Counted from the first letter of the stretch, positions 1-11,724 are shown. The stretch: 64,000 nt of DNA from Phoronis australis (GCA_002633005.1 NMRA01000408.1:1-64000); one strand, 5' to 3'. Translations and numbers: made by a program. Notes: a model not told the origin generated them from the letters alone.

Positions 1-768
1 TCGTGTCCAGTACGTAAGTATCGGGAGGTGGTGCTGGGGAATAACACTCCATGATGAGCCTTCGTGATCCCGCGAGATATGTCGTTAGTGCAAAGGTCAC
101 CTATTTGCAGAAATTTTTGTTTTCACACTTGCAAGTTGTCAGTGAATACAACTGCACTTTGTTTAGGGTAGGTTATGTTAAAATAGCATTGTCGTTTAGT
201 TCCTACAATACATTAGAATAGTTAAGAGCTTGCAAATACACACACCTTTGAGGTAGATAAAACGCTGTTGATGGGAATGACTGAGCAACTCTACTTGAAA
301 CTGAGGAATCTTTCATGTTACTCAATGAGAAATAACATAGAAAATAAATCTGAAACTAAGTAAGGCGATCCAGATCCTCCCAAGGATACTATTGTTTCAT
401 GAAATGAAGAATATAAATCGGTAAATAAAACAACAAGAATGGATCAACTGAAATTTGAAATTTTCGGACGTAATAACTTCCTTTGTCAACAAAAACAAAA
501 ATAAATTTATTTCTTTATTTCTGTTTTTGTTGTGGAAGTTATTACATCCGAAAATTTCAAATTTCAGTTGATCCATTCTTGTTGTTTTATTTACCGATTT
601 ATATTCTTCAATGAGAAACAAATTATTTAGTTCATCAGAAATTTGTTTTTAAATACAATCGGGGAATAGCAGCAGATAAAATCAGAATTAAGAAAAAAAT
701 CAGTAAACTGTGATTCAGTGTCCTTAACAGAATTCCATCATTAAACTTAGAAGCAGAGTAATTAGCAC
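1..768 (+). repeat. Duplicated segment, copy A (runs off window start); near-identical to 30629-31088 apart from two indels
   Basis: 1-332 and 608-768 align with scattered substitutions to 30629-31088 (tcgtgtccagtacgtaagtatcgggagg ... gcagagtaattagcac). Copy A has 286 extra bp after 332 and a shorter extra segment near 655-680. Confidence 0.93.
405..610. repeat. Near-perfect 206-bp palindrome (foldback/MITE-like hairpin)
   Basis: 405-481 (tgaagaatataaatcggtaaat...gtaataacttcc) is the reverse complement of 534-610 with one mismatch. Inner arms 487-505 and 514-532 also pair. Confidence 0.92.
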
Positions 769-1230
769 CCCGCCACATTGGCATGTCTTGTTGGGCTTTC
801 ATTGCACACACCAGAAAGTGGACGCTGGTGGAGTTCTTCGTGAGAATGGGTTAAGCATATCCTGTGACAGAGTGCTGGGGGAAATGTAGCCAGCCAGCTG
901 AAGACTACAGCTTTGTACCAGGGGAAGAAATGCAGAGTTGGAAAAGAGCTGTTGCAGCCAAGACAGGGCGCATGTAACAAATGTGTCTTCGTTCTTCCAC
1001 CCTACTCAAGAGAAAGAGTGACCGTGGGCAACAATGTGGGCTTTTCGTTTTGTCAGAAACCAACAGGTGCCTCTGCAGTCGGCCTTCAGCTTCAGTGACC
1101 ACCGTCTGCAAAGATTTTATAGTTACCTAAGATCTCCGACTTATGACCTAAATACGTCACAGCGTTACAAGTAGCACCACCTTCTGGAAGGCGCTCAAAT
1201 ACAGCATAATAACATGGATGACTTTAAATA

Positions 1231-1863
1231 TGCCAGTGTGTCCCCTGGTGCTTACAAAATACTTTGTTTCGCTTGCCTAAATATAAGGAGCGGTAAGTGT
1301 ATATTCATTATATATTCTATACTATTAACTGGCAAGTGCTGATCGGAGAACAGGAGTCATTACTGCAGTAGAATAATAACAGTAGCAGGCCTACCTATTA
1401 GGTATTACTAGTAGTTGACAGTACTGAGGCCCACAGCATGGTCGTATGAGACTGACATTCAGTAGTGGCTGCACATCTTCTGCCAGGAATGTAACAAAAT
1501 TGAAGTGAGGTTGTATCAGCTGTGTTTGGCTAAAGAAGACTAGTCTGTGTGTACAGTTCAGGTTACAGGGTCAGACCCAGTGTCAGCTGGCCTTGTTTAC
1601 TGTGTGGGGTGAAAACTGGGGTGAGATAGCACTTACATGGCCAGGTTTAGTGGAGAATGTTTGCAAGACTGCACAATGTAATGATGTTGTTTGTTGGTGT
1701 GTAGACTATTTCTCAGTGTATGGTTCAATTTTAGTTGTGCGACTTGGGTGCAGAGTATGCATATAGATCTGACCTAGCAGGGAAACCCTTAGAAGAGCTA
1801 TATAACCTGCGATTGTGTAGTCGCCATATCCAAGAGGAACAATTCACTAATCAACAAAAATAA
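1231..1863 (+). pseudogene. Two-exon THAP zinc-finger (transposase N-terminus) relic, frameshifted
   Basis: Exon 1 (~1231-1292) reads CQCVPWCLQNTLFRLPKYKE-cg|gtaagt. The intron is 1293-1734 and ends tttag. Exon 2 reads t-TGT GCG ACT TGG GTG CAG, giving R-CATWVQ, then after a frameshift YAYRSDLAGKPLEELYNLRLCSRHIQEEQFTNQQK*. This matches the THAP pattern FxFP...R..W...R.DL...LCxxH. No in-frame start codon. Confidence 0.85.
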
Positions 1864-2037
1864 GAAACTGTTGTTTTAGTGTAAACAGTCTGATTTGATG
1901 TGTTAGTATCAAGTTCCCAGGCACTACTCTGCATTCACAGGATATGCGTGCCTCCGGCTATCTTGCTGAAGAATATGTACCCTAAACAAATTCTTTCTTC
2001 TTTGATCCATTGCACTGTACCCACACAGCTTGTTTCC

Positions 2038-2270
2038 CATGCCCACATCCAGAGGGCTCTGGGCCATATATATGGCTCGAACGAGCCCCCCCCCCCCCCN
2101 CCCCCCCCCCCCTATTTGGCGTAATGGACAAAAAGGTTTGCCCCAGAGAAACAAAAACTCCGAAAAAAGTAGAATGAGACAAAGTCCACTTCCAGCAATC
2201 TTTTCTTAGTTACAGGTACACACTCTCAAAAATTCGAGACCCCCATTTTTTAGGCTGGGTGCACTGCATG
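2038..2270. mobile_element. Probable small nested insertion with poly-C tract (contains an N at 2100)
   Basis: Weak inverted ends (catgcccacatccag / ctgggtgcactgcatg) and the gaacgagcccccc / gagaccccc motifs typical of short hAT-like non-autonomous elements. No TSD found. Confidence 0.3.
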
Positions 2271-4177
2271 TACTTGCTAAACTCCACAACCTATCAGAAT
2301 GTGTGTGTCTTTCATACTAACTACCAGTACTTGTGGAAAGTGGTCTCATTTTTGTCTGGCAAAATTCTCTTTGAAGTATAACTTTTAAGGGGCATGTCTA
2401 TGTGACATCAGAGTTGCTGTACTATTGTATTAGTCCTGGTGGAGACCCAAGCAGAGTGTGTTTAAACTGCAAAATAAGTCAAGGGCTACCATGAACCTGT
2501 TAAACTATATTTTTTGATAACTTTGGGGATTCGCATTTACCCTGAGATACAGTTTGAGGTTAATGCCCAAGAAGTTGTATTGATGCCATTGTCTTCATAT
2601 GACATGGTCAATAGTCATATAACATTGATTGATTAGTCTGAAGTAGACTAATTATATGCGGTATAAGTGGGAAAACTTTTCTTGGTAACATTATCATTTT
2701 GGATGGTGGTGTATGTTCCCTCGAACCACATTACATTATCCCTGACAACTATTGAAATGTTGGCAAAATCAAATTTATTGCTCTTAATATTGCAGTTATT
2801 CCAGAACATTAGTACTGTAGAAGTGCTAGGTCTCATAGCTGAGATATCTGTATGGGCATGTATTGTATAATGTATTTTAAACATGGAATGTTGTTTTCAT
2901 ACAATATATCAATTGTGTGTTAAAATTACAATGCTTTTAATGTCTTTTGAACTCAAGTGTTACAAAGTTAGAATAAAAAATGATGTTGATCCACGTGCTC
3001 TTATTTATTATTACTCTACTTTTGTTTATGTAGTGAGTACTATTTGTTATACATATTTATTTTATTCCGTGTCTTTCAGCAACAAGATCTATGATAAAAA
3101 TATTACGTAAGATATGAGTATATAAATTACTGTTGTATTTACTTGATTCTGTAGCTATACTTAGAAAACCATGTGGAAAATGTCATTCTATTGAATTCAG
3201 GCGGTTGCTTTCATAGCAGTCTTAGCCCTGGCAAAGTCTTAGTCAATTACAGTTAAATATTATAATAATTAAATATTATCATAATTGCATAAACTTCCAC
3301 GTTAATATAAATGATGTTTCCCCAAGATTGATATTGTACTGTATTGCTGTGCTTACAAAGGGATCTGAATGGCATTTGTTTTCATTCTAGTGTTATTGTA
3401 TCACAATAATTATCACAATATTATTATTAACATCATCAAAAATTATGTTTTCCTCAAGTAAATTATAAATATAATTCATCAAAATTGGTTTTATGTCTAA
3501 AAAAAACCTGTTTTTATTCAAGTTAGTTACAATCTTCACCACAGGCTCAGACCTGGTTTGAGGGTCTCCAAATACAACTTGGTCTCCAGCTAATAGGTGA
3601 CGCTGTTCCAAAATGTGTGACTTGGCAAATTACACTAGGACGTCCATCTTGGGATATAGTATCTTTGCCGTCTGTAGTTGAACTAGGGACAGCTGGTCAC
3701 GCTGTCTACTTCAGCTCATGATTCCGGCGAGAACTGCTTGCAACACAGTACAGTACGTGGATCGGCGGTCTCAACATGGTCTTCAAGCACTAGGCCTACT
3801 GATGGCAACTGAGTTAAAGCAAAACCTTTCATTAGATTTAAATTTATAACTAAAGCGACCTGGCTAAATGTAGACAACGCTCAGTTGGCGACCTGGAAAA
3901 ATCTCAAGTCGTCACGAAGTCGCCACTCCCTCAAAGTCATAATTCCCCCCGGATTAATTATTTTGAAAGTTTGCGTTGAGTTTCAAACTAATAACTTACA
4001 GTTTTCATTACCTTCGGTTAACAATTGCTCCGTTTATTTCAATCACTGCATTTCCAGCACAGCAGTCAGCGATAATCATGACTCGGCCACTCCTGCACAG
4101 ACCATCGGAGTTCACACGCTATCAGTGACGTCAGAGTGTTAGCCCTGGGAAGGCAGGGTAGAGTTGAGTAACATTAG

Positions 4178-4556
4178 AACCTCGCTAAAATCTAACCATG
4201 ATAATCACGTGTTCTCATTTAAAATACACGACAATATCCAACGTAACTTCGCGAAATCTTGCTTTTTATCGAGGATAGCGTTACTGAAAGGCTGCCTAGT
4301 AAGCGCTTACATCATAACACGATTAGAGGCTTAGTAAACAGACGATTCGGAATTGTTCGGCCACTGAGGTAAAAATGGCCCGGGGCAAGCTGTGGGAAGA
4401 CTAGGACCTAGCCTACCCGCTAGGACCTAGCCTACCCGTTAGGACCTAGTTAAAATCTAGCCAAATTCAAGTGTTTTCATTTTAAAATACACGGTAATAC
4501 CTCACGCAATTTCGCGAATTCTTGCTTTTTGGAGGTCTCATTGGTGTTACTGTGAA
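4178..4556 (+). mobile_element. Two adjacent degenerate copies of the 'gctaggacctagc' MITE family
   Basis: 4178-4288 and ~4400-4556 share tttaaaatacacg...ttcgcgaa.tcttgctttt...gttactg with the reverse complement of 7881-8021. A short ctaggacctagcctacccg tandem lies at 4401-4449. Confidence 0.75.
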
Positions 4557-4689
4557 ACAGGGGCAACGATTTCTGTGCACGCTGGACTGGGGTTGCACAT
4601 GGCAACCTCGCATTTCATTTGGCGACCTGACTAGTTTCATCGTTGGCAATTTGGGTGAATGTTATGCACATAAATTACGTGCGCGAATT

Positions 4690-4885
4690 CTTGTAAGAAG
4701 CGTAAATTAATTATTAACGGCGTATATCAGTTATTTTCGGCGTAGTCTAAACTAACTTATAACGGCGTAAAGTAATTACTTGCGTTGTAAATACCTGCGG
4801 CGTAAAGTTTACGTGCATTAATTAACTCTGATTTACGCCGCAAATAATTATTTCATGCCATTAAAAGTTAGTTTACGCCGCAAAA
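4690..4885. repeat. Imperfect inverted-repeat region built from ggcgtaaa / tttacgcc subrepeats
   Basis: Several (a/g)cggcgta copies in the left half and tttacgccgcaaa copies (4832, 4873) in the right half. Confidence 0.55.
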
Positions 4886-5384
4886 AGTCAAAGCATTTTT
4901 AAAGTCTCAAAAATTCACGGTTTTGTGATTTTTTCTGGAAATTTCCTCACAAGGAAATTTGAATTACCCATGGAGATGGAACTCTCGTCTGGAATTGTTT
5001 AAAAGATATTTTTGACGAGCTTTCGCGTTCCACGCCTCTTTAAGGTTAGCGGAGTGTAGAGGGCCCTACAATTTGTGGCCAAGACGTACTAAATGCAATA
5101 TTCTTCTTCAAACACAAGGGTTAGTATTTTCTTCCTGAATGATTTTCATCTCGAATAGTTCCCGACGTCACACTGCCGTTGATTCCAAAGGAAGGGATCT
5201 AAACATGAAACGCTCTCTTGAACTTAGTTTTACCAGTGAAATTCGGTGTATGCATGGTGTGTGTAAGATGACTTTGTACGATATGAAGACGACGGTCTGT
5301 TGTTCAGTTAAACAAGAGGAATGCCGAGCGCTGACGTAGCTTCCACAGGGGCTTTTTTATAGTATCGAGGAGGACATTTTTAGG

Positions 5385-5432
5385 GCCGCGCCTCGCGTCA
5401 TTGGCGCCAAAAAATCCATTGGCGCACCGTGC
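5385..5432. promoter_or_regulatory. Candidate E2F/CCAAT motif cluster in a CpG-rich stretch
   Basis: cattggcgccaaaa and ccattggcgca adjacent: palindromic TTGGCGCCAA E2F-like site overlapping ATTGG boxes. No linked gene identified. Confidence 0.25.
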
Positions 5433-6263
5433 TTTTGCACGTCTCGGTCAACTGGTGCATTAAAATTGTATCAGCAATCACGTCTTATGCTGTCTTGAAG
5501 CGGGAATAATTATGAACAAATTGCAAAACATCCGATCAAAACAAATAACCAAAGCATCAAACACAGTATACTCGATAAGGTCTCTAATCATAGATAAAGC
5601 GACAATACTTATGGGTCTAATGTACTTCGAGTAAAAATAAAGATTTAAACGCGCAACTTGCGTTTCGATCAATTACTACAGCCCCAAACAGGAACTAGCA
5701 GAAGAAATAAGGAGTGTCGTGTAAGATGCCGCCGAAAAAAATCACAAATTCACCACAGTTACTGCCCTTGGGCAATATATCACCCGTGGACGTACAGGAG
5801 ATGGCCTTGTCATAGAAATACGATTTCCTATGACATGTTCCCCCCGATTTCAATTGAAATCTGACAATCAGTGGTGTATAGGACAAGTCAGCCCACTGTG
5901 TTGATCAGGCTTGTTACAAAATAGGCGTTGGAACTCATCCACAAAGGAACAATAACTATTTATCTTTTATTTTATTGTAATTAACTAAATTTTCAGCTGT
6001 TCAGTTTCAATACCGGGTTTAGTTCTTAGTCGTCCGCGGAGTCTAAAACGGGTAGGAAAGAAAGTTGCTACTAACAGGCAGCGAGTGTCGCCTCCCAACC
6101 ATAAGGGGTAGAGTTCAGTAGTCGTCTCGCGGCGCGAAAGGTCTAGCCAAAATCACGTGCTCTTGCTGAAATCTCGCGAAGTCTCTCCTTTCTAGCAAAG
6201 TCCTAGCGTTATTGACAACTACCCAGTCATAAAAATCCAGGCACTGTGGTAATTGCCAATTGT

Positions 6264-6431
6264 CAGGGTCGGATCCAGGATTTTGCGTTAGGGGGGGTGG
6301 GGGCAGGGCAGAATATTAACCAGGGTTTTGGCCGTCAGACATTCGCACCCCCGAACTGCCTAATGGAATTTGGGAGAATTTTAGGGGAGGAGGGGACATG
6401 GCCCCCTTGCCCCCCTCTAAATCCGCCACTG
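6264..6431 (+). mobile_element. 168-bp CAG...CTG MITE with 5-bp TSD (hAT5-like)
   Basis: Ends cagggtcggatcc / aatccgccactg. TSD attgt at 6259-6263 and 6432-6436. Homologous to 24306-24468 in reverse orientation. Confidence 0.85.
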
Positions 6432-7880
6432 ATTGTAATCCCAAGCAGTACGAATTTAGAAGCATTCAATCGTAGCAGGTTGTGAAATGCGATGCAGCGC
6501 GCAACGTTTTTTTAATATAAAGCATACTAAATAGAGCGTATATAGGACCAGTTATATGTGAACAATAGGTTGGATATTAACACACGCCCAAAATGCAATC
6601 ATCTCCCTTTCAGACTTTTGTGCTAAATATTCAGACCATGCCACTCGACCAAAAAGTTTGTGACCTTGACCTTAGGAAATGTAACTGTCACTGTCGACCG
6701 ACATTTTTCACCTACTGCTACGCAAGAACAAAGGATCACTTAAAAACATCAAAACGGAAATTCTTTTTTAGTTCCTCGTGTAAACTATCGGTTGGCAAGT
6801 ATACCCATGAGGAATACCTGCTGCTGTGTGTTAACTTGAAATCCTGCTTAATAAGTCAGTCTCAAGATCGCGTATGCGTGAAACTTGGAATGCTCGAGGA
6901 AATTTGACACTTTCACTCAAATAATCACGTTCACGTTGTTAACAAAATTCACTGCACTAAATTAAAATACCTGTTAATAAAATATAGTAAATTTTAATCA
7001 ACGTTTTTCCAACTATTGGCGATTTTATTCACCAAACAATGATTGATTTAATCATTCACGTGATTCTTTGACGCAAGTTACGGTAAAGGAGAAATGGGTG
7101 ACCGTGAAGCCAAAAATTACAAAACTTCACACAGAACAAAAAATTTCACCTGATAGCCCTAATGAATATTCAATTCCACACGCATACGCAATCTTGAGAT
7201 CAAGAAAAATTCCAAGTTCACGCACAGCATACCAACACCTAAACTACTGCCCATAGGTAGCAGCACATCCTATTCCAACCCGGGGAATGCTCAACCGATT
7301 TACTTCATAATTGACAAAATAACAAGATGTAAGTAAACACTTACATGTAAAAAATAGATTGGATATCAAAACAGTGTTTTCTCCTGAAAATGCAAATATA
7401 GATCAGCTGGCCAAAATTAAGTTGGGACCCCGGCCACAGGAAATATGGCTGTCAGTAAACAACACGCACTAAGAAGCGGGGGCACCGCCGCCACTAAACA
7501 GGGACACAAGAACCGTGGGGGAAGGTTTGTGACCCCAGGTAGGAATAATCCAGAAAAAAAACACAAGGGCTGGATCTACGCTTTGGGTGCCCTCGCCAGG
7601 GCATTTCTGTTAGAGAGGGTCCTCAGTTTTAAACAATTGCAGTGTTTCGTTTGCGCTCACTTGAAAAGTGCATTCATCTATACTTCGGAAAAGACTAAAA
7701 AAAAAAAAAAAACGCTGTGCACAGATTTTCCAGAACAAATTGATTCAGAAGACACTTTTTAGGGATTGAAAAGCTGTTTTATTTCTTCGAAGGACCCCTC
7801 TCTCAGTGGCAATGGATAATGGAGTCATCTATCGCTCTTTTCCATTTTTAGCCGAATGTTTGATATAAAGTCCAGCCTCC

Positions 7881-8021
7881 CGTTCAGTAACGCTAGGACC
7901 TAGCTTAAAAGCAAGACTTTGCGAGATTACGCGAGATATTGCCGTGTATTTTAAATAAGAACACGCGACCTTGACTAGCTTTTGGCTAGGTCCTAGCGTA
8001 GGTCCTAGCGTCTACTGAACG
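7881..8021 (-). mobile_element. MITE with TIR cgttcagtaacgctaggacctagc (best copy of family)
   Basis: Left cgttcagtaacgctaggacctag versus right taggtcctagcgtctactgaacg. Related copies at 4178-4556, ~6112-6217 and ~59225-59308. Confidence 0.8.
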
Positions 8022-8477
8022 CACGCCAGCTCTGGGCTGCTGCTAATGACATCCACAGCTACACCTGTCCCTATTCTTTACTTCAAATCCTTCTTTCTCA
8101 ATTAAGGGCTACTCAAGGAGGGAACCCCGATGATGGAATTAGTCGCCTCTCTTTTCATGTTCTTGTGAAATCGCGTGTGAGTCGATGACAAAGACAACTA
8201 CAGTATTTGTGCACACGGGATTTTAAGGGGCGACCCGGGCAATTGACCTTTTGTACAGGTATGCATACACAGCTATTAAGACTGAGTGGAAAGAGACCAT
8301 ACTGAAACTCATTTTTTATACGTTTACTGTATTCAAAACCATAACTTACAGAAGAAACAATGTAACTAGTACCCCTACAGCCGGGGTGTAAATACACAAG
8401 CGTATTTTAATATAGAACATAAACAGCCCATTCACACAGGAATCGACTACACTCATACAATCACACGTGTAATTATT

Positions 8478-9795
8478 TTTAAAAAAGTCCTTCTACATGA
8501 ATCCATCCCTTTTCTAAAATGTTCATAATTCAGACTCTTATAGAAAATTACCTTTGCTATGTTATGATATTCAAAATTTCATTTTCCAGCCATGGTAAGC
8601 ACGGAGATCTGGAATTTAACCTAGCTCTGTATATAAATAACGTTTTACTACGCAAATAAGGAGATTAAACACACTTTTGACCCCCACTTTCCCTGAGATA
8701 ACATCCGCCAAACTAAAGTTAATAACAATCCCCGTTTTGACTATAAACCAGCTGTTCACAAACTTCCAAAATTTCCGAATGACTTCACACTTCCAAAAAA
8801 CATGGCAAAGATTCTCGGGGTCTTGTCCACAAAATATATAGAGTGGTGAGTTAAGAATACCTATTAATATAAGAAACAATTTTTACTAAGAATTTTATAA
8901 GTCTTATTTAGAACCATTTAATATTCGTGTCTTTAGTGAACAAAGAATTTAATCTATAAACACTTTTCTGCCATTCAACTGAAAGTTCTCTATTAAGGCA
9001 GGCTTCCCACTTATTTTGAAATTTTGAAATTACGTTTTGTATAAGCAAGCAACAAACTTATACACACTGTTCTCATTTTTACAAGTGTTAAGTAAAGAGG
9101 TAATAAACTCTGGGCGGTGAAGAATGATTTTGGACGAATCCACATGTCAAAGGAGGTTACGAATAACACATCACACGCCCATGAATACACTAAATGGTGG
9201 AGAAAATCCATAATAATTACAAAAGTCTTCGCAAGAAAACAACTTATCATTAGAATGTAACAAATCGTAAATATATTTAATGCTAATGGCAACCATCCTT
9301 CACAAAAATGTACTTATCGTTAATAGAAATTTTGGGATGTAATCAAATTGGCTCGTAGGGACTCTGCCTTGTTAACAGTTGAAATCCCAATCAATTCTCC
9401 AACATTTCGAAAAACTTCTTCCCAAAAGTGATTCTTAACCGAAGCAGTAAGAAAACGATAATAGGCCAAACCAATATGAAACACCTAACGTGAAAGGAAG
9501 TGATTTGTAGAAATTAAAATTTTCTTCCAGGCTCTCTCATCACTAAGTATCAATCTTCTGAACCACGACATTTTTTAAAAGGCATTTGACGAATGACTTC
9601 AGATGAACCATTTTGCATCCTCCCACCCAAAAATCTTGAATCAAGGTAGTTCTCTTAATTTTGTCAGGTTTATTGTCCAAGATGAAACTGTTAAATACTT
9701 TATCTAGCAATTCAACTGGGTCGTCTGATGGTGAGGGTAATGTTGTCAAAAGCTGGACCAATTTTGGCAGGGCAACAGATTTAATGAAACTCAGT
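8478..9795 (-). mobile_element. 5'-truncated, decayed L1/Tx1-clade LINE (3' end of ORF2)
   Basis: Minus-strand peptides IKSVALPKLVQLLTTLPSP...FILDNKPDKIKRTTL...GGCKM (post-RT region) and FCGQDPENLCHVFWKC...KFW...KRYLY (C-terminal zf-RVT-like cysteine motif), separated by stops and frameshifts. Confidence 0.88.
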
Positions 9796-11094
9796 TGGTC
9801 ATGAAAACCACAGAATGTGTTCAAGCGAAGTACACCAGCATTAGACACGTAGTAGCATTGAGTGGAATCTACAGAAGAAAAATTGAAGGCCTCTATTACG
9901 CAGAGCCAATATCCTCGATAGTTTGCCCAAAGAGTTCCAACAATACTATTTCTTTTAGAGATCGTTATTAGGAAAGCATTAGTACTGATGAAGAGGGCGT
10001 TGGTCGTGGCCATGTCGATCAGACTGTCGGGAGCATCATTTTAGATTACTGCGTAAGGTATAGGTCTAACGAAATAAGGAGCTCAAAGAGCATGTAATGA
10101 TAGTCATAAATAAAAAATATGAGATTTTGGAGTGCAAATTTAACCAATGCCACTGGAATGGACCAGAATTCTCGTAAACACGAATTCTAAAAATTCACAG
10201 GGTAGGGCACCCAAACCACCGTGGTAAGTCCTGTCTCCCGCGCTCTCCCGGTCGTCAGTCATGATCTGGTACAAGTATCTGATCGCTACACTTCGGGAAT
10301 TGCTTAAAATTCCAACTTCGAATTACAGATACGAAAAGCCCTGCCCCTTGACAACCGGCAGTCAACTCAAACTTTGTGCCCTGGATTTCCATATTGCTTT
10401 GCCATGTGATGACCCAATATCATTATTTCCGGCAAGGGTTCTGATTTACATGTTTATCATGTATCTACGGAGATCGACGACTTTTTGCTGTTTCAATCCT
10501 ATCTTTATGTTGCAGGCTGAAATTCAAGAAAATCTATTTCCATCCTATCCATCACCAAAGTGCACTAAATGGTTTTTGCCAACGTAAAGTATCTTCATTA
10601 GCATGAGCGAACTTCCTCTGAACCGGAAGAGAATCTTGTGCTTAGGTGTGATATTTACTCTTGGAAAAAAGGGAACTACAACCGATGTTTCCAACACGAT
10701 GTTCCATCTAGTCGTTCCGAGATCATGTTTCTCTTCTCATCCCTCCGTATTTCGCAGCCAACATTACCTTTGTTTGCCCAAAAGAACGATTTTGACCTGA
10801 GTGCAACTTTTTGGCACGTTTTGAAATTCGTAAAAGATATCCCTTAAAAATCATCAAAATCATCTCATCGCCCTAGTGGCGTAATCGCATAACGTCTAAA
10901 AAGTGCCCCGCGAAATCTTGTTGAAGCACAGGTACCCAAGATTTTGTTGGCTTCCCCCATGTGGTTTGCCCCCCAACACAAGCAGGACTATTGCGAGGGT
11001 GCAAAAATGGCATGTGCCAAAAAAGGGGTGGGGGGCTTCTGAAGAGGAGGAGACAAGGCAAATGCTGACTTTGGAATCGTTGAGGCAAATTCGA

Positions 11095-11410
11095 ATTAGT
11101 TTGTGCCACCTCCGTCACCAAGAAACTAAGAAAAAAACAAAAAAAAAATCATGGGTCTGGTCTTTATGCACTCGTCGACTAAAAAAAAAGAAACGCCCGC
11201 CCGCATGTCAATGAAATTCAGCCGTGGATTTTTGTGAAAAGCTACACAAACGCCATTATTTGCCAATGGATGAGTAAAACAAATCTCGCGCCATTTTTGC
11301 TCGTTTCGCGGGTAGATTTTCTTTTATTGAGAAAGTAAGCATCTAAAAAATACTGCATCACCGACTTGATTTTCAAAAAACGGAAGAGAACCAACTGTTT
11401 TAGGTCTAAT
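11095..11410 (+). repeat. Dispersed repeat (cgcccgcccgcat family), related to 52723-52970
   Basis: Shared cgcccgcccgcat ... gatgagtaaaa...catttt.gctcgt...gattttc...agaaccaact...gg(t/c)c(t/a)a order of motifs. Confidence 0.65.
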
Positions 11411-11577
11411 AAAAAGGTAGTGTTGGCTTAGGAGCTCTAGTAGCCAGCAGTTTGTTCTCAACTGCTAATAATTGGTAAGTCGCTTCACCAATGTTCTGTT
11501 GAATGCAGAACTTTGTTCCGACAATACGAACGGAACGGAGTAAAGACTGTTAATAACGACAAGTGTCGTATATTTAA

Positions 11578-11724
11578 TCAATTTTTCATATCGGAAAACT
11601 TGCTCTCCCGAAGTACAGCCAGTAAGTCGCTCGGCGAAGCATCACACTCTTTTTCAGTGAGGTAGCGTTGGATAGCAGGCGAGAGTGGTAAAACATCAAG
11701 CGGAAAGTGCTGCCACCTTGGGGA
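11578..11724 (-). pseudogene. Possible decayed SOCS-box-like coding remnant
   Basis: Reads SPRWQHFPLDVLPLSPAIQRYLTEKE...KN*. LDVLPLSPAIQRYL resembles the SOCS-box C-terminal LPLPxxLxxYL. In-frame stop immediately upstream. Confidence 0.25.

Larger units (their letters stand above)
1109..3667 (+). mobile_element. Non-autonomous P-superfamily (P/Galileo-type) DNA transposon with THAP relic
   Basis: Left end caaagattttatagttacctaagat; right end reverse complement caaagatactatatcccaagat. Perfect 7-bp TSD ccgtctg at 1102-1108 and 3668-3674. Subterminal inverted tagcaccaccttctgg (~1172) and ccagctaataggtgacgct (~3586). Internal THAP remnant. CA...TG ends, 7-8 bp TSD and an N-terminal THAP domain are P-superfamily hallmarks. 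Confidence 0.85.

Noticed and set aside
2648-3110. ORFs inside the P element as transposase C-terminus
   Set aside because: No recognisable P-transposase catalytic or C-terminal motifs by eye.
9543-10013. 156-aa minus-strand ORF as an intact gene
   Set aside because: Only the C-terminal half is L1/Tx1-like. The N-terminal half is read-through into flank beyond the LINE's truncation point.
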